Part shown: one piece after another, positions 47,185-60,100 of the stretch
Layout of the letters: the number at the start of each line of letters is the position of its first letter
Numbering within the stretch: position 1 is the stretch's first letter
Assembly (NCBI GenBank): GCA_010909165.1
Contig: MU008166.1
Location: 930,001 to 994,000 of the forward strand
DNA length: 64,000 bases
Origin: Anthoceros angustus
Taxonomy: Eukaryota; Plantae; Anthocerotophyta
Direction of reading: 5' to 3'
Program-made: the position numbers and the translations under genes
Notes under the pieces: model-generated
Seen by the model: the letters and a program-made list of their open reading frames with translations, nothing else
Told to the model about the DNA's origin: nothing
Database searches by the model: none

Positions 47185-49454
47185 TCATTTCATGCCAATT
47201 TTCCAGGCAACAATTCCCAATAAACCCCCCACAATCACCACAAGAGGTTCGAACCAGTGCAGTTGGTCCACCGCGACGAAGGCAAGGATGCCCAGACACA
47301 GGCTTGTCACAGGGAAGCTGGTCTGCTCCAGAACTCCGAAGGTGAGGGTGAAGACACTGACTGTGATGAGACCCACTCCGGCTGCATTGAAGCCTGGCAG
47401 AGCTCTCCTGTACATGGGCCATCTCCGGAAGCGGCCCCAGAATGGCATGATTCCGAAGATGAGCATGATGCCAGGGAAGAAGAGGCCACACCAGGCCAGG
47501 GCGGCACCCACAATGAAAACGTACCCGGCGTTGAGAGCGATGATGGTGCCAAGGTAGGTGGAGAAGTTGAAGAGAGGGCCGGGCAGTGCCTGCAAGATTG
47601 AACAGGCGATAATTGGAAATGCTGTAAGGAAGACAGATGCTTGCTGCAGTCTTGGAAAAACAGCTGAGGGTGAGTGCTGCAACACACCTGTACGACTCCC
47701 AGGCCAGCGTAGAACTGCTTGCTGGTGACCCAAGTGTCGGGATTGTCTACACACAGCCCATCTTTATCACATGTCGTTTGCACCACACCGTTGTATAGCA
47801 TGGGCAAAACCACCTGCACGGATGCATAACACGACAGAGAAGGTTTAAGGCGACCACAGAACTAGCAGGGCGTGTGGAAGACGTGATCAAGCTCCAGGCA
47901 GCACGGCAGGTAAACGACAATCTGGCACGCCCAGTACATGACACGATACATGCTCCTGGACCAGCCTATCCACATACCTGACCGCCTCCAAAAATGACAG
48001 ACCCAATTCTGTAAAAAACCTCCCACCAGCGCAGTGGGGCAGGAGCATCATCCAGGAGTCTGACGAGGAGGATGGAAGTTATGAGCACTACCACCCAGAG
48101 GAGCAGAAGGCTCCCTCCAAAGAACATGTTGAAACCATGAGAACGCACAGACTCATCCCTTGCCTGTGGAGATCACCACGCCATGAACATTCCATTCATC
48201 ACTTATCGTTAATCCTCCATTCCACGCCACCACCGGGCTCACACAGACTACAGGGCCGAGAAAGCTGCAATCCACGTGCACAAATGGCGACACCGTGACA
48301 ACCTTCATGGCAGGAAGCGGCTCCTTCCTGTACGAGCTGGAAAGCAGGGTGATGAGGCCCCCGGCAACGATGAGGCACGGGAATGTGTAGGCCCTGGGCC
48401 AGTAGTAGGCGATCACCACGGCTGCCGCAGAGATGGACGCAAGCAGAGGCCCCGCGCAAAGCTTGTAGGACATGGACTTGGCTGCAGACGCCACCAGGGC
48501 CACGCCCACAGCCGACACTCCAGAAACCAGCCCGTTGAGCGCTCCTTTAGGATGCTCCAGCTGCTTGTACGCAAACACCCCGATACCAGTCATGATCAAA
48601 GCCCCGGGGTACTGGAACAGCACTCCAGACAGCAATCCAGCTGCGAGCATTCAGCAGGATCGATACCATCAGCCCAGAACGCAATCTTCGTCACAGAGAT
48701 CTGGCCCGGTGGTCAATCAGAGGTTACGCGACTCCATCTAGGTACATGGAGGTATGAACTATCTCACCAAGACCAGAAGCACAACGAAAACATTCCCAAT
48801 CCTAAAACATTCTGTGTTTCTCAGTCGACGGCGATGAACTGTAAGACCAACAGCACAACGAAAACATTCCCGACGCACAGCGCGGTGGAGGGAACCGCGT
48901 ACGCCTGGAACACTCCATATTTGCGACCTACAACGTTCCATATTGAATTCCAACCCGCAACAGGGATGATCACCCACCAGGCACTCCTTTCTTGATGGTC
49001 CCGATTGCAAACGACACCTGCGTAGACGTCGGCCCCGGCATGCACTGCCCCAAAGCAAAGAGCTCCGCGTAGATTTCCGTGCTCATCCATCTCAGCTTCT
49101 CCACCAGCCGCTACAGCAAGAAAACACCTCTCAGACACCGCTCCCACAAAAACCACACCAACCATTACGCAAACAGCTCCGCACAGATCTCCGTTCTCAT
49201 CCATCTCAGCTTCTCCACCAGCCGCTGTACCAGCCACCAACACCTCTGAAACACCACTCTCACAAAACAACCATCACGACGCGCACCTTCTCGAAGAGAG
49301 CGATGTGGGCGCTGGGGCCGCCGAACGCGGTCCATCCCAGCAGGGTGAACTGCTTGACGATGTCCAGGTACCCGACCTCCACAACAGCGAGCGGCTCACA
49401 ATCCGCCTCCGCCGTCTCCACGTCGTGCCCGCTCGCAGCCTCGCCTCCCGCCAT
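47185..49454 (-). CDS. chrA: Long-chain (two-domain) chromate ion transporter, CHR/ChrA family; multi-exon
   Basis: LGWTAFGGPSAHIALF, GQCMPGPTSTQVSFAIG, second repeat FYRIGSVIFGGGQV and QALPGPLFNFSTYLG, many TM segments. An alternative upstream ATG is at 49508. Confidence 0.9.
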
Positions 49455-50315
49455 GCTGCTGTTCTCCGCACCACTCACGCCAGAAATCTGATGGCGGATT
49501 AATCCCATACTGTGGAGGAAGGCTGAACAGCACCGGAGGCCAGGTCATTTTGGAGCGGGCCATCGCGCGGGGGTGTGCAACTTTTGGGCTGCACGTGGAC
49601 TGCTTGGACCCCGAGGCTGGCTTTCCCATGACACCAGCCTGCCTGGCCCCGGCCGTGAACCGTATCTGGTCTAATCTTGTGGCACTTGCAGTCCCCACTC
49701 CCCGGACCCCCAGCCCTAGCGGGAAGCAAATACAGCTGGCTGGTGGGCGCATCCGTATAAAGATGTGCCGGATCGACTGTGTGCACATCAAACATTCTTT
49801 GCCCCAGCCGTACTACGGTCCGTGACGCTGTTATTCTCTGTTCACCTGATTTCATTTTCATGCGTGGACTCTCTTGGCACAACCACAAAATTATCAAACC
49901 ATCTTGGAGGAATATTGATGAACATAAACATATATCCCTGAAGCAAATATGTTCCTATTACCAAAACATGAACACATTTACTATAATTTCTCATAGAATC
50001 ATGTATAATTTTTTAATGCATAATTAGTTCACCTAATATATCATGTGATAGAGATATAGCTAAATAATTAATAAAAATTTAAGAATATTTTCTTATAACA
50101 AAAAAATTGAATGAACAAGAAATTAACAATAATAATTGAAGTTATACTCTTGGATTACGTATAGATTCATTTTCCAACAGAAATATTCATACTAGCTTCA
50201 CTAAAATATGAATCTTCTAGTAGTTATTTATCGATCAATTAAGTAATTAGTTTTTTTATCTCAGTAAGAAGTATTCAATTTTTTTAAAAAAAATCTTGAA
50301 TACCTCTCATGGAAC

Positions 50316-53300
50316 ATCATTATCATTATCAATAGGAGAATATCGCCTCTAGAAAACCACGATACATGAAAGAGGGAGGCCAACCCCATTCCTGCGGCTG
50401 TGGGTACTTCCTGGCACAGGTCTTAAGGAACCTAGAAAAGGCCTTGCCCATGGCCCAATGGGTCTCAATGACGAGGGGGATTAAGGCGTGCCCCTGCTGC
50501 ATCGGAGAGTACTTACAAACCTTCGTCATGGCGCATCCCTCCGCCGCCCACCCCGGAGGGTTGAGGATCACATGCTCACTAACGGAATCCCGAATAGGGT
50601 CAGTGCCAACCACATCTGCAACCAAAACTTGGTCCCTTTGGATCAAAAAAAGGTTCGCCCGAAGAGAAACCCCATTAGACAGAGTGTAAGGGCGCTCCCT
50701 ATAAGGAAAGAAGCCTCCCTCCTTAGCCAACGTGAACATAACGTCGCGAACAGTGTCATGCATAGCAATGCGGCTCGGGACACGAGCAAAGTGGGTCACA
50801 GGGCCTCCATGACTGGCGGAAACAAGCATAAAGGTTGGACTAGACCCAGGCGAAAAATCATCATAGTAGAAAAAGAGGCTGGTGCGATTCGGAAAGCCTG
50901 GATGCAAGGCCGAGCAAGAAGTCATGAACATGCTCCCATACCTGAGCAAGAGTGGAGACAGGCACGAGCTGCCCAGTGGATGGACGAGTCCCGAAGAAGA
51001 GCTACCTGCGCTTGCCGATATTACTTCTCCAGGATTGACGCTTGAAGCCCACAGAATCCGACCTCGGTGAACAAAGTAAAAGAAGGCAAGGCAGCCCTAG
51101 CCTCTGTAGGTAGGAAACTCTAGCCAAATGGAGGGACACCTATAGGGGAAAAATGCCTTCCTCCACTCCCGTGATGAAGGACTCCAAAATGCGAGAATTC
51201 CTGATGGCGAAACGGGAGACCAGGATGGGAGCAGAGAGGGCCTAACTCCCAAGGAAAGCCACCGGCGCAGATGCCTCCATAGCCAAAAGACCAATGCCCC
51301 CAAATGCGACAGGGAGGGACAGCTGTCGCCTCGCCAAGTCCTCGACAGTGCACTCGAAGGTGCCCGGGCCAATGATGTTGACCAGCACCTGCATAACCTG
51401 CCTGTCAAAACCCCTCAGGCTGGACAAGAATCCCGTGAAAGGCGGAACTGTGCGGAGGAGATAGACTGGCCGGCGCACAAAACAAGAAGATAGATTACCG
51501 AATACCACCGGTGGATCCCTCGATTGGGAGAGATCGCCGATATGTGCTAGGTCCTCCTGCAAAGCCGCATCCAGGAGTTCTTGTACGAAAGTTGGGGGCC
51601 CCACTGGGAACCCTAAAACCCGAAGGCCCTATGCGGAAGCAATATCCCCCTCAGGATATTGAAGAGAGGGCACCACGCCGAAGGAGGACCATACTTGCAC
51701 TTCAAAATCTTCACATTCAGACCGAGGCGGGAGAGCTCCAGAGATAAGAGTTCAAAAGCCCACTTGACCCAGTCACCAGGCCCCATGATATAGGTGTCAT
51801 CCGCCATCGAGGGATACAAACAATCCTAAAACGAGGAGCCAGTTATGGACAAAGCCCGGAAATGAGCCATGACAAAAGGGCGCCCCCCAACGGATCCTCC
51901 TGCATGGTGCTTGCTGCTGAGGCCAACACTGAAACCCCATTGATCGCGGGCCTATGCTCATATTAGAGATTGGAAGGATACCCGTAAAAGCAGCAGACAA
52001 GAGGGATAAGGTTGGCAAGCTGCCCACCTGCATCCTTGAGCTAGTCAAAAATGGTCGCCCTAGAGACCGCATTAAAAGCATTTTCGATGTCCACTTGTAA
52101 TGCGACCCAAGCGGGATGGGACTCCAAGAAAGCCCCCACTCCGAAAGCCGCGGACTCACACCCGAGTAGCAATGCCAAATTGGTGTGGGCTGAGGTGGCC
52201 CTAGAATTGCTTCCGAAGTTGGATGACAATGTTGCGACTAACGTTAATAGAAAAGGCAGCAACCGCAAAACGCCTCCCCTACTGCAATAGGGAGAACCCC
52301 GGCAGTGGGCTTCTCCATAGCCAACAAGCAACTGGCCCCCAGCACTTGAGCAATGTGGAAGGGGGTCTCCCCCCTTGCCACCGCAGCCACCAAAAGAAAC
52401 AACTCAGAGAATTCGCTAGAGGAATCCTCGGGGGTAGAGTAATCTCGGAAATGGTCATAGACCATCCCGGCATCTCCTCCCGAAAGCGCGGGCGGATGCC
52501 GGGGCAGCTGACTCCTATCAAGACAAAAAGGCTCCTCAGTGAAGTAATCCTTGATGTCCGACGAAATGGGGTCGCTCGACATCAGATGGAGGGCATGAAG
52601 TGCGCTAATAGTCTCCTCTGAAGTTGGCGCAAGTAGCTCCGGTCGGAGAGCTCGAGCAACCCGAGCAGACTCCCCAGTGCGACCAAGCAAAAGACACCGC
52701 TTAAGATGCGCCTTCCCACGGTCCGGACAAACACCATCTACCTTAGCGGAGTCTGACCGAGACCTCGCTGGCACTCGTACTCTTCTTGTAGAGCCTCCCA
52801 ATCCCTAGCATGAAAATGGCGGAGATGGGAGGTGACCTCCCAGTGACCTGACAAACCATCGCGGGAACACCGAAGACACCACCTGAGGAGAAAAAGAAAC
52901 AACGCCCATGCAACCTCATCCCGGGGATCTTGTGCAAGACACTCCAAGGGGAGGCGATAGGCAAGACGGACTTCATCTTGAAGGCGCCTCAGGAGGCACC
53001 AAAATAGGCGAGGTCCAAGAAAACGGGCTTTGTAGAGAGCCAAAAGGTTATCAGCTTGTTTGTGAAGCCACCGCCAGGGCCCCGAAGAAGGCCTAGACTG
53101 AGAATCTTGGCTTAGAGCCGGGGGACCAGGAACATAAGAAGAAGACAGCCGTAGTTAAGCCTCCCACATTCTCCGGTCGAGGTCCTTGTGAACTAAGCCA
53201 ATGTGGCTCCTAACCCCCCGAGCTGTGAAAATTTTCCACAGACAAGGCAAGGGGTGACCCGAGCAGAAGTCCAAGAAGGCCCCATGGCAGAGAATACCCT

Positions 53301-53790
53301 GAAAGAGAACCCCGATTTGAACCCGGGCACCACTGTACTCGGCCAATGGTGGGCCCTACCCGGTCCCTGTCCCTATGATGGGCCGCCACTTAACCTGTCC
53401 TTGTGGAGAGCCCCACCTAACGTGTCCCTATGGTGGGCCCCCACCCGACTATCCTTGTGGTGGGCCCCACCAGACTTGTCCCTGTGGAGAACCCTACCTG
53501 ACTTGCGGATGCCCCGCGCAGGGCTTACGCATCGCTCGCAAACCGCAGCCCCTTTGTTCTCCAAGCCCAAAGCGCCTTTAGCGGCGTGCCTGGCGGCCCA
53601 AATGCCCACGCCGCGCGCCTACGCCACCGAGTTGCTACTTAGCTTGCAGGCTCACGACGATAGCCATTCCTGGTAAACTCGGACAAACCTCAAAATCCGG
53701 ACGACGAGGCGAGGTCGGCTGGCCTGATAATGATTATCGCACAGCCTATCCTCCTTCGGGAGACTGGACCTATGTCTCTCTAGCTCATTC
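50316..53790 (-). mobile_element. Degenerate CRE-like non-LTR retrotransposon (C2H2-like finger, RT, restriction-like endonuclease), copy 1
   Basis: Frameshifted pieces: PIAVGE, QVDIENAFN, QEDPLGG, SMADDTY, LPVAFGGIGL, HDTVRD, ADVVGTDP, TKVCKY, PLVIETH. Short (GATAAT)n-like 3' tail near 50316-50335. Boundaries approximate. Confidence 0.8.
53368..53504. repeat. About five units of a 27-bp tandem repeat in the 5' region of CRE-like copy 1
   Basis: TGTCC(C/T)T(A/G)TGG(T/A)G(G/A)GCCCCACC... units at about 27-nt spacing. Confidence 0.8.
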
Positions 53791-54676
53791 TGCAAGGGGT
53801 TGATGGCCAGCCGGGTCTGTGACAGATTTTCGTTTTAAAACACAACGTCATCAACAACCCACAAAGAAAGATATGAAGCAGCTCTAACTAGCAAGCTAGT
53901 TATTTATTCTTACATAAAAAGCCTATATGGGTCATTACCCATTAGATAGGGGTGGGCTGGTTTTCCTTGAGCAAAGACCTTAAAGTGCGTAGCATCAACA
54001 ACAGGAAAGATACGAAGCAGCTCTCACTAGCTAGCTAGTTATTATTCTTATATAAAAGCCTATATGGGTCATTCCTCATTGAATAGGAGCGCGCTGGTTT
54101 TTCTTGAGAGAAACCTTAAAGTGCGAAGCCTTGTTTAAGTATTCAGTATTCAATCTACCGATCAATACATGTCATGGTATGTACCCAATTCTTTGGCAAT
54201 ATTTATGTACCTTTAGGGGGGCATATATGTGCACTTGATGTTGTTGGATAATATATCTGTATATTCCTATCTTCAAGTAGTACTATTATGTTTTTGAACA
54301 TAAAGATATTTGCAGCAATTTCTGGTGAAACGCCAATCTACGTTTATTCCTTTAATTGACCATTGTTAATGAGCTTCTTGAGAACCAACCAATAACTACA
54401 TTGATATAGTTAACAAGTCAAAGTTCACAACTTAGTAGCTCTTAGAATGTTAATGAGGACAAGAATTGGCATTTACCATCCTATAGATGATATACATAAG
54501 CTTGATTCTGCAACAAAGCAACATATTACTATGCATAGGTTTTTATACCACAATGTATGCATTCAGGTACAAGTATCACTGAGATCTTCAAATTGACAAC
54601 AAAATTTAGATGCTCTTGAGGTCTTCGCTTCAGTACATGGATGCCATCCAAAAAAATGTCGATTAAAAACCCAACT

Positions 54677-55269
54677 TCAAAATGCTGCTCGGTTGGGATT
54701 GGCGTTTTTGCGAGACCTGCATTGCATTGAAATATGGATCATATAAAAATTGGTACCAATATCACATCTAATTTTGAATCATATGTCACCATGAAACTAA
54801 TTAAATGGCATAACTGAAAGGAATAGAAAGAAGGGGAAAAAATGAAACTAGTACTTGCCTCTTTTTTGAATCGCGATGGGATGTTATTTGTTTGCTCGAA
54901 AGTAGAGCATTCGCCGTCGTCTTGTTTGTACTAGAAGGTGCAAGTACGTCTAGTTCTTGTGGTGTTTCGGAAGATGATACGTTGATACGTCCTTCGTCGT
55001 GTGGAAGCAAGGGCACAACTAATTCTTGTCCTACAAGTGATGTTCCTGCAATTATATCATCTGCCAACACCCTCCCATTAAGATTGTTAGGATTCATGAT
55101 AAGAGATAATCCTTCATATTGGCCGGTACTTATAACTATGGCTTTGCAATTGATGCTGCAAAACCACGCCGTTTGTCGACCATGTTGCTTCATCAAGGTC
55201 CTCTCACATGTTTTGCATAAATTGTGCCTACCATTTGGTTTTTCTAATTGTTGCTCATTACCCAAAAAA
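54677..55269 (-). pseudogene. PLATZ: PLATZ 3' half, copy A (second Cys cluster and C-terminal basic motif)
   Basis: LGNEQQLEKPNGRHNLCKTCERTLMK...WFCSINCK. A GC-AG intron (54858-54717) then gives SRKNANPNRAAF*, matching the PLATZ terminal RRKGxPHRAP motif. Confidence 0.75.
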
Positions 55270-56560
55270 AGAAAATATTTTATTGAGGTGAAAAACGATG
55301 GAAAAAGCCCATCTATGAGGGGACAACCAAAGAGGACCAGGGGTCAAGGTGAAGAGGAGCAAATAAGCTCCCTACCTAAAGTCACCCTCACCCACAATGT
55401 CATATGGGAAGAATAAGCGGCACCGCAAACCACGGAGATAGAGGAAGATCGTCACCTCACGCCGCCTTGTGGAGGATCGCGTTGAGGCGCGTTGAAGGGC
55501 AATTGAAACCCGTTATCGGAGTATCTTTGTAATCGGCCCCACGCCACCGAGTGCTACTTGCGTGCTCACGACGATAGCCATTCCCCGGTAAACCTCAAAA
55601 CCTCAAAATCCGGACGAGCGAGGTCGGCGGCTCGATAATGATTATCGTGACGCCCATCCTCCTTCGGGAGATCGGACCTATGTCTCTAGCTCATTCCGCA
55701 AGGGGTTGATGGCGGTTCTGTGATGATTGCTTTTAAAACACAACGCCATCAACAACCCACAAAGAAAGATATGAAGTGCTCTAACTAGCAAGCTAGTTAT
55801 TTATTCTTACATAAAAGCCTATATGGGTCATTACCCATTAGATAGGGGCTGGTTTTCCTTGAGCAAAGACCTTAAAGTGCGTAGCATCAACAATGTGAAA
55901 GATAATGGCGCCTCCTCACTAGCTAGTTATTATTCTTATATAAAAGCCTATATGGGTCATTCCTCATTGAATAGGAGCCGCTTGGTTTTTCTTGAGAGAA
56001 ACCTTAAAGTGCGAAGTTTGTTTAAGTATCGTGATTCAATCTACCGATCAATACATGTCATGTATGTACCCAATTCTTTGGCAATATTTTATGTACCTTT
56101 AGGGGGCATATATGTGCACTTGATGTTGTTGGATAATATATCTGTATATTCTATCTTCAAGTAGTACTATATTATGTTTTGAACATAAAGATATTTGCGA
56201 ATTTCTCTCGTGAAAACGCCAATCTACGCTTTATTCCTTTAATTGACCATTGTTAATGAGCTTCTTGAGAACCAACCAATAACTACATTGATATAGTTAA
56301 CAAGTCAAAGTTCACAACTTAGTAGCTCTTAGAATGTTAATGAGGACAAGAATTGGCATTTACCATCCTATAGATGATATACATAAGTTTGATTCTCGCA
56401 ACAAAGCAACATATTACTATGCATAGGTTTTATACCACAATGTATGCATTCAGTACAAGTATCATCGAGATCTTCAAATTGACAACAAAATTTAGATGCT
56501 CTTGAGGTCTTCGCTCAAGACATGGATGCCATCCAAAAAATGTCGATTAAAAACCCAACT

Positions 56561-57137
56561 TCAAAATGCTGCTTGCTTGGATTATGCTTTTATAGACCGC
56601 ATTGCATTGAAATATGGATCATATAAAAATTGGTACCAATATCACATCTAATTTTGAATCATATGTCACCATGAAACTAATTAAATGGCATAACTGAAAG
56701 GAATAGAAAGAAGGGGAAAAATGAAACTAGTACTTGCCTCTTTTTTGAATCGCGATGGATGTTATTTGTTTGCTCTAGCAGAGCATCCGCCGCCGCCTTG
56801 TTTGTACTAGAAGGTGCAAGTATCTAGTTCTTGCATGGTGTTTCTGAAGATGACGCTGATACGCCCTTCGCCGTGTGCAAGGGCACAACTAATTTTGTCC
56901 TACAAGTGATGTTCCTCGCAATTATATCATCCGCCAACACCTCCCATTAAGATTGTTGATTCATGATAAGAGATAATCCTTCATATTGGCCGGTACTTAT
57001 AACTATGGCTTTGCAATTGATGCCGCAAAACCACGCCCGCTTTGTCAATATGTTGCTTCATCAAGGTCCTCTCACATGTTTTGCATAAATTGTGCCTACC
57101 ATTTGGTTTTTCTAATTGTTGCTCATTACCCAAAAAA
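56561..57137 (-). pseudogene. PLATZ: PLATZ 3' half, copy B (more indels; acceptor damaged)
   Basis: Collinear with 54677-55269 but frameshifted. Lies directly next to the 3' end of CRE-like copy 2. Confidence 0.7.
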
Positions 57138-60100
57138 AAGAAAATATTTTATTGAGGTGAAAACGATGGAAAAGCCCATCTAGAGGGGGGACAACCAAAG
57201 AGGACCAGGGTCGAGGTGAAGAGGAGCAAATAAGCTCCCTACCTAAAGTCACCCATCGCACCCACAATGTCATATGTGAAGAATAAACGGCCCGCAAACC
57301 ACGGAGGTAGAGGAAGATGCGCCACCCACCGCCGCCGCCTTGTGGAGGATCGCTGAGAGCGCCAGCTGAAGGGCAATTGAAACCCGCTGTCAAGTATGCC
57401 GTGAAGTACGAGAGGGACACCAAGACCGCGGTTCACGCATGGTAATGGCACAGACTTGACAAATTTGTCAAAGTCCTCACCATTGCCCCATACGCTTCTA
57501 GTGCAAGCGGAATAAAGAGGTGGCCCGCTTGCATCCCGCAATATTTATGACCTTGAGAGTCACCGCCCGGCAGTCCCAACTCGACTGCTAGTGATGACCG
57601 AGCGAGATGGTGTCTCGTAGGATCGAACCACCACATCCGCCATCAAACCGGTCGCCAGACAAGGCAGTCACCGATTGAACGACCAGACGGAGAGAGTATA
57701 CATCCGCCCTCCATGCCATGTAGCCGCCGCGATGGCGGCGAACATGACATCGCTGGATGGCGCCGTGAGTGGGCGCGGCGACCGTAGGGACAACGAGCAA
57801 GGTGTACCCGTAATCATCGAGGCCGCACTCGCAAGTAAGGAGCGAAGAAGCCACAGTCCGGAGCAGCCCGAATCGCATCGCAGAGTGAAGGTGGTTGGTG
57901 CGATGTGAAAACCCGTATGCATGGGCGGCCAATAGCACCCGCGCCTTCCTGTAACAAGAGCGAGCCGCGCCTTGTGGACCTGGGATGGAGGGGTCCCGGA
58001 GGGATCGGAAAGCCCGCCGAGCCGCTCGAGCAGATGCTCGCAACCCCTCGAAACCATCAATAAATGTCGAGAAAGGAGGGAAGTCCTTCCGAGCATCCAC
58101 CGATAACATGTCCCTAGCTTGCCTCAAGGACGCTTTGGAGAGAAGGTTCCTCCTCCACACTGATACGAGATCCTCCAAAGGGCCTGCTATGGAGGATGAA
58201 CCGAGAAGCCAAAGCAAGGGGTAGAGGGCCCAATCCTGTGAAAGCCGCCGGGAAGAGACTGAGAGCGCACTCTCCAAATTGGTAGGACGCTTGCGGGCCG
58301 ACGCCTAGGGCACTCAAAAGCCCCGAGCCTGTGGATGTCCCCGAGAGTATCCATAATCTTCCTATCAAACCGCACCGGACAAAAGTGTCGTGGGATGGAG
58401 GCAACAGACGGATGAGGTAACTGTGGCGCCTAGCAAAACAGAGGAAAGAATTCCAAAGGCCACAAGGGAGGTCCTCGACATGGAGGTCCTCGACAGAGCC
58501 CGTCCAGAAGCTGATGAAGTCGGGAACCGGGGACCCCTAGAACTGCAGCCCCAGAGCCGAGCAATCTCCCGAAATTGCAAAGTAGGTAGAATCCCGACGG
58601 AGACCTGACAGACTTGGATGCTTGACCTTCAAGCCCACCAGAAAGCTCATGAGAGAAGAGCTCAAAGGCCTCCTTAACTTTGTCCCTGTGCCCGAGGATG
58701 TGAGAGTCGCCAACAGGGAAGACACAACACAGGCTGAGAAGGCGGCCCTAGATAGGGCCCTATAGTGAGCAATGGCGAAGAGAGCACCGCCTAGGGGTCG
58801 CCTTGCCCGTACCGCGATTCCAAGACAGTAGACAAGAACTCAAGAGACGCGTTCAGGGTAGTAGAGGTTGGAGGACCTCCGAGAAGCACCGGACAAAAGG
58901 TATAAGGCTCCCTAACGCCGCCAAGATCCCTAAGCTCCTCAAGATGACGCCCTAGAGATGGTATTGAAGGCATTCTCGACATCAACTCGTAAGACCACCC
59001 ACCCGGTGGGTATCAAGGCATGCCTTCACTCCAAGCACCATGCACTCACGAGTGGCAATGCCAAATTGAAGGGGTTGAGGTGTCAGAAGAGAGCAATCAA
59101 GGGCAATAGTGCGGGCCGAGTAGTCGCATGAAGGCTTCCGACCGCGAGTGGGCGCCTGACAAGGCGCTTGTCCATAGCGACAAGCCCGCTAGCCGCAAGA
59201 ACATGGGAAATCCGGAGGCCTCACCCCGAGCCACCGCAGCCAGAGAAGAGCTGGAAGCCGCTAGATGGATCTTCGGGAGAAAAGGTCCCCGAGGTGTTCA
59301 AACACCATTCCCGACAACCCGGCAGATGAAAGACGTGGGTCGAGAGAGAGCGAGCAAAAGCCGCCTGTCCAGAGAAGGGATCCTCCGGACGTAGTCGATA
59401 TGTCCGGGGATGGCATCCTTGGGAGCCGGATGGAGGCACGAGGGCAACAATGGTCTCTAAGCGGGGCTAGGGAGGGGTCAAGAGCCTCGGCAACATGAGC
59501 ATACCACCGCCGCTCGCCTTGCAACGACGCAGTTTGTTGCATTACCCGGACTGCTCCAACCGGGCGGATTCCGCCCGAGCCTTGGCAGCACGCAAAGCCT
59601 CCTCCTGGAGGGATGCCCACCACCAAAGCGCTCAAGACGGCTAGCAACTTCCCGATGCCCAGAAGCCCCACCCCTAGAACACCGAAGGCACCACCGGGGG
59701 AGAAGCAGGAGAAGGCACCAAGCTAACTCGCCCCTGGGATCGAGCGCAAGGCGATCCAAGGGAAGACTAACGCCAAACGGCATCATCATGAAGGTGGCGG
59801 GAGCTCATGAAGATGCGCGGCATGGAAGCGGGTTTCAAACATCCCAAGTATGTGATCCACCGCAACCATTCCTGTGAAGAGAGAGGTACCCCACGATGGA
59901 CATCGACGCCGGAGCCTCGTGATCATGGAATCGGAGGAGGTCGCAATGTGCACTTGGGCAGCCCAAGTAGAGTCGAAATCTTTATGCATGTGCCCAATGG
60001 GTTTTCACCCCTCGACACCGCAGAGAGTTGAGCATGCATGTGACACCCGTGTCCTTAACTGGCCATGGAGGTGTAGACCCCCATTGGGAAGGGTACTAAA

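Larger units (their letters stand above)
53620..57400. repeat. Tandem duplication of about 1.9 kb (unit A about 53620-55539, unit B about 55540-57400)
   Basis: The units are collinear end to end and differ mostly by small indels. Each also contains an internal direct repeat of about 145 bp. Confidence 0.9.
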
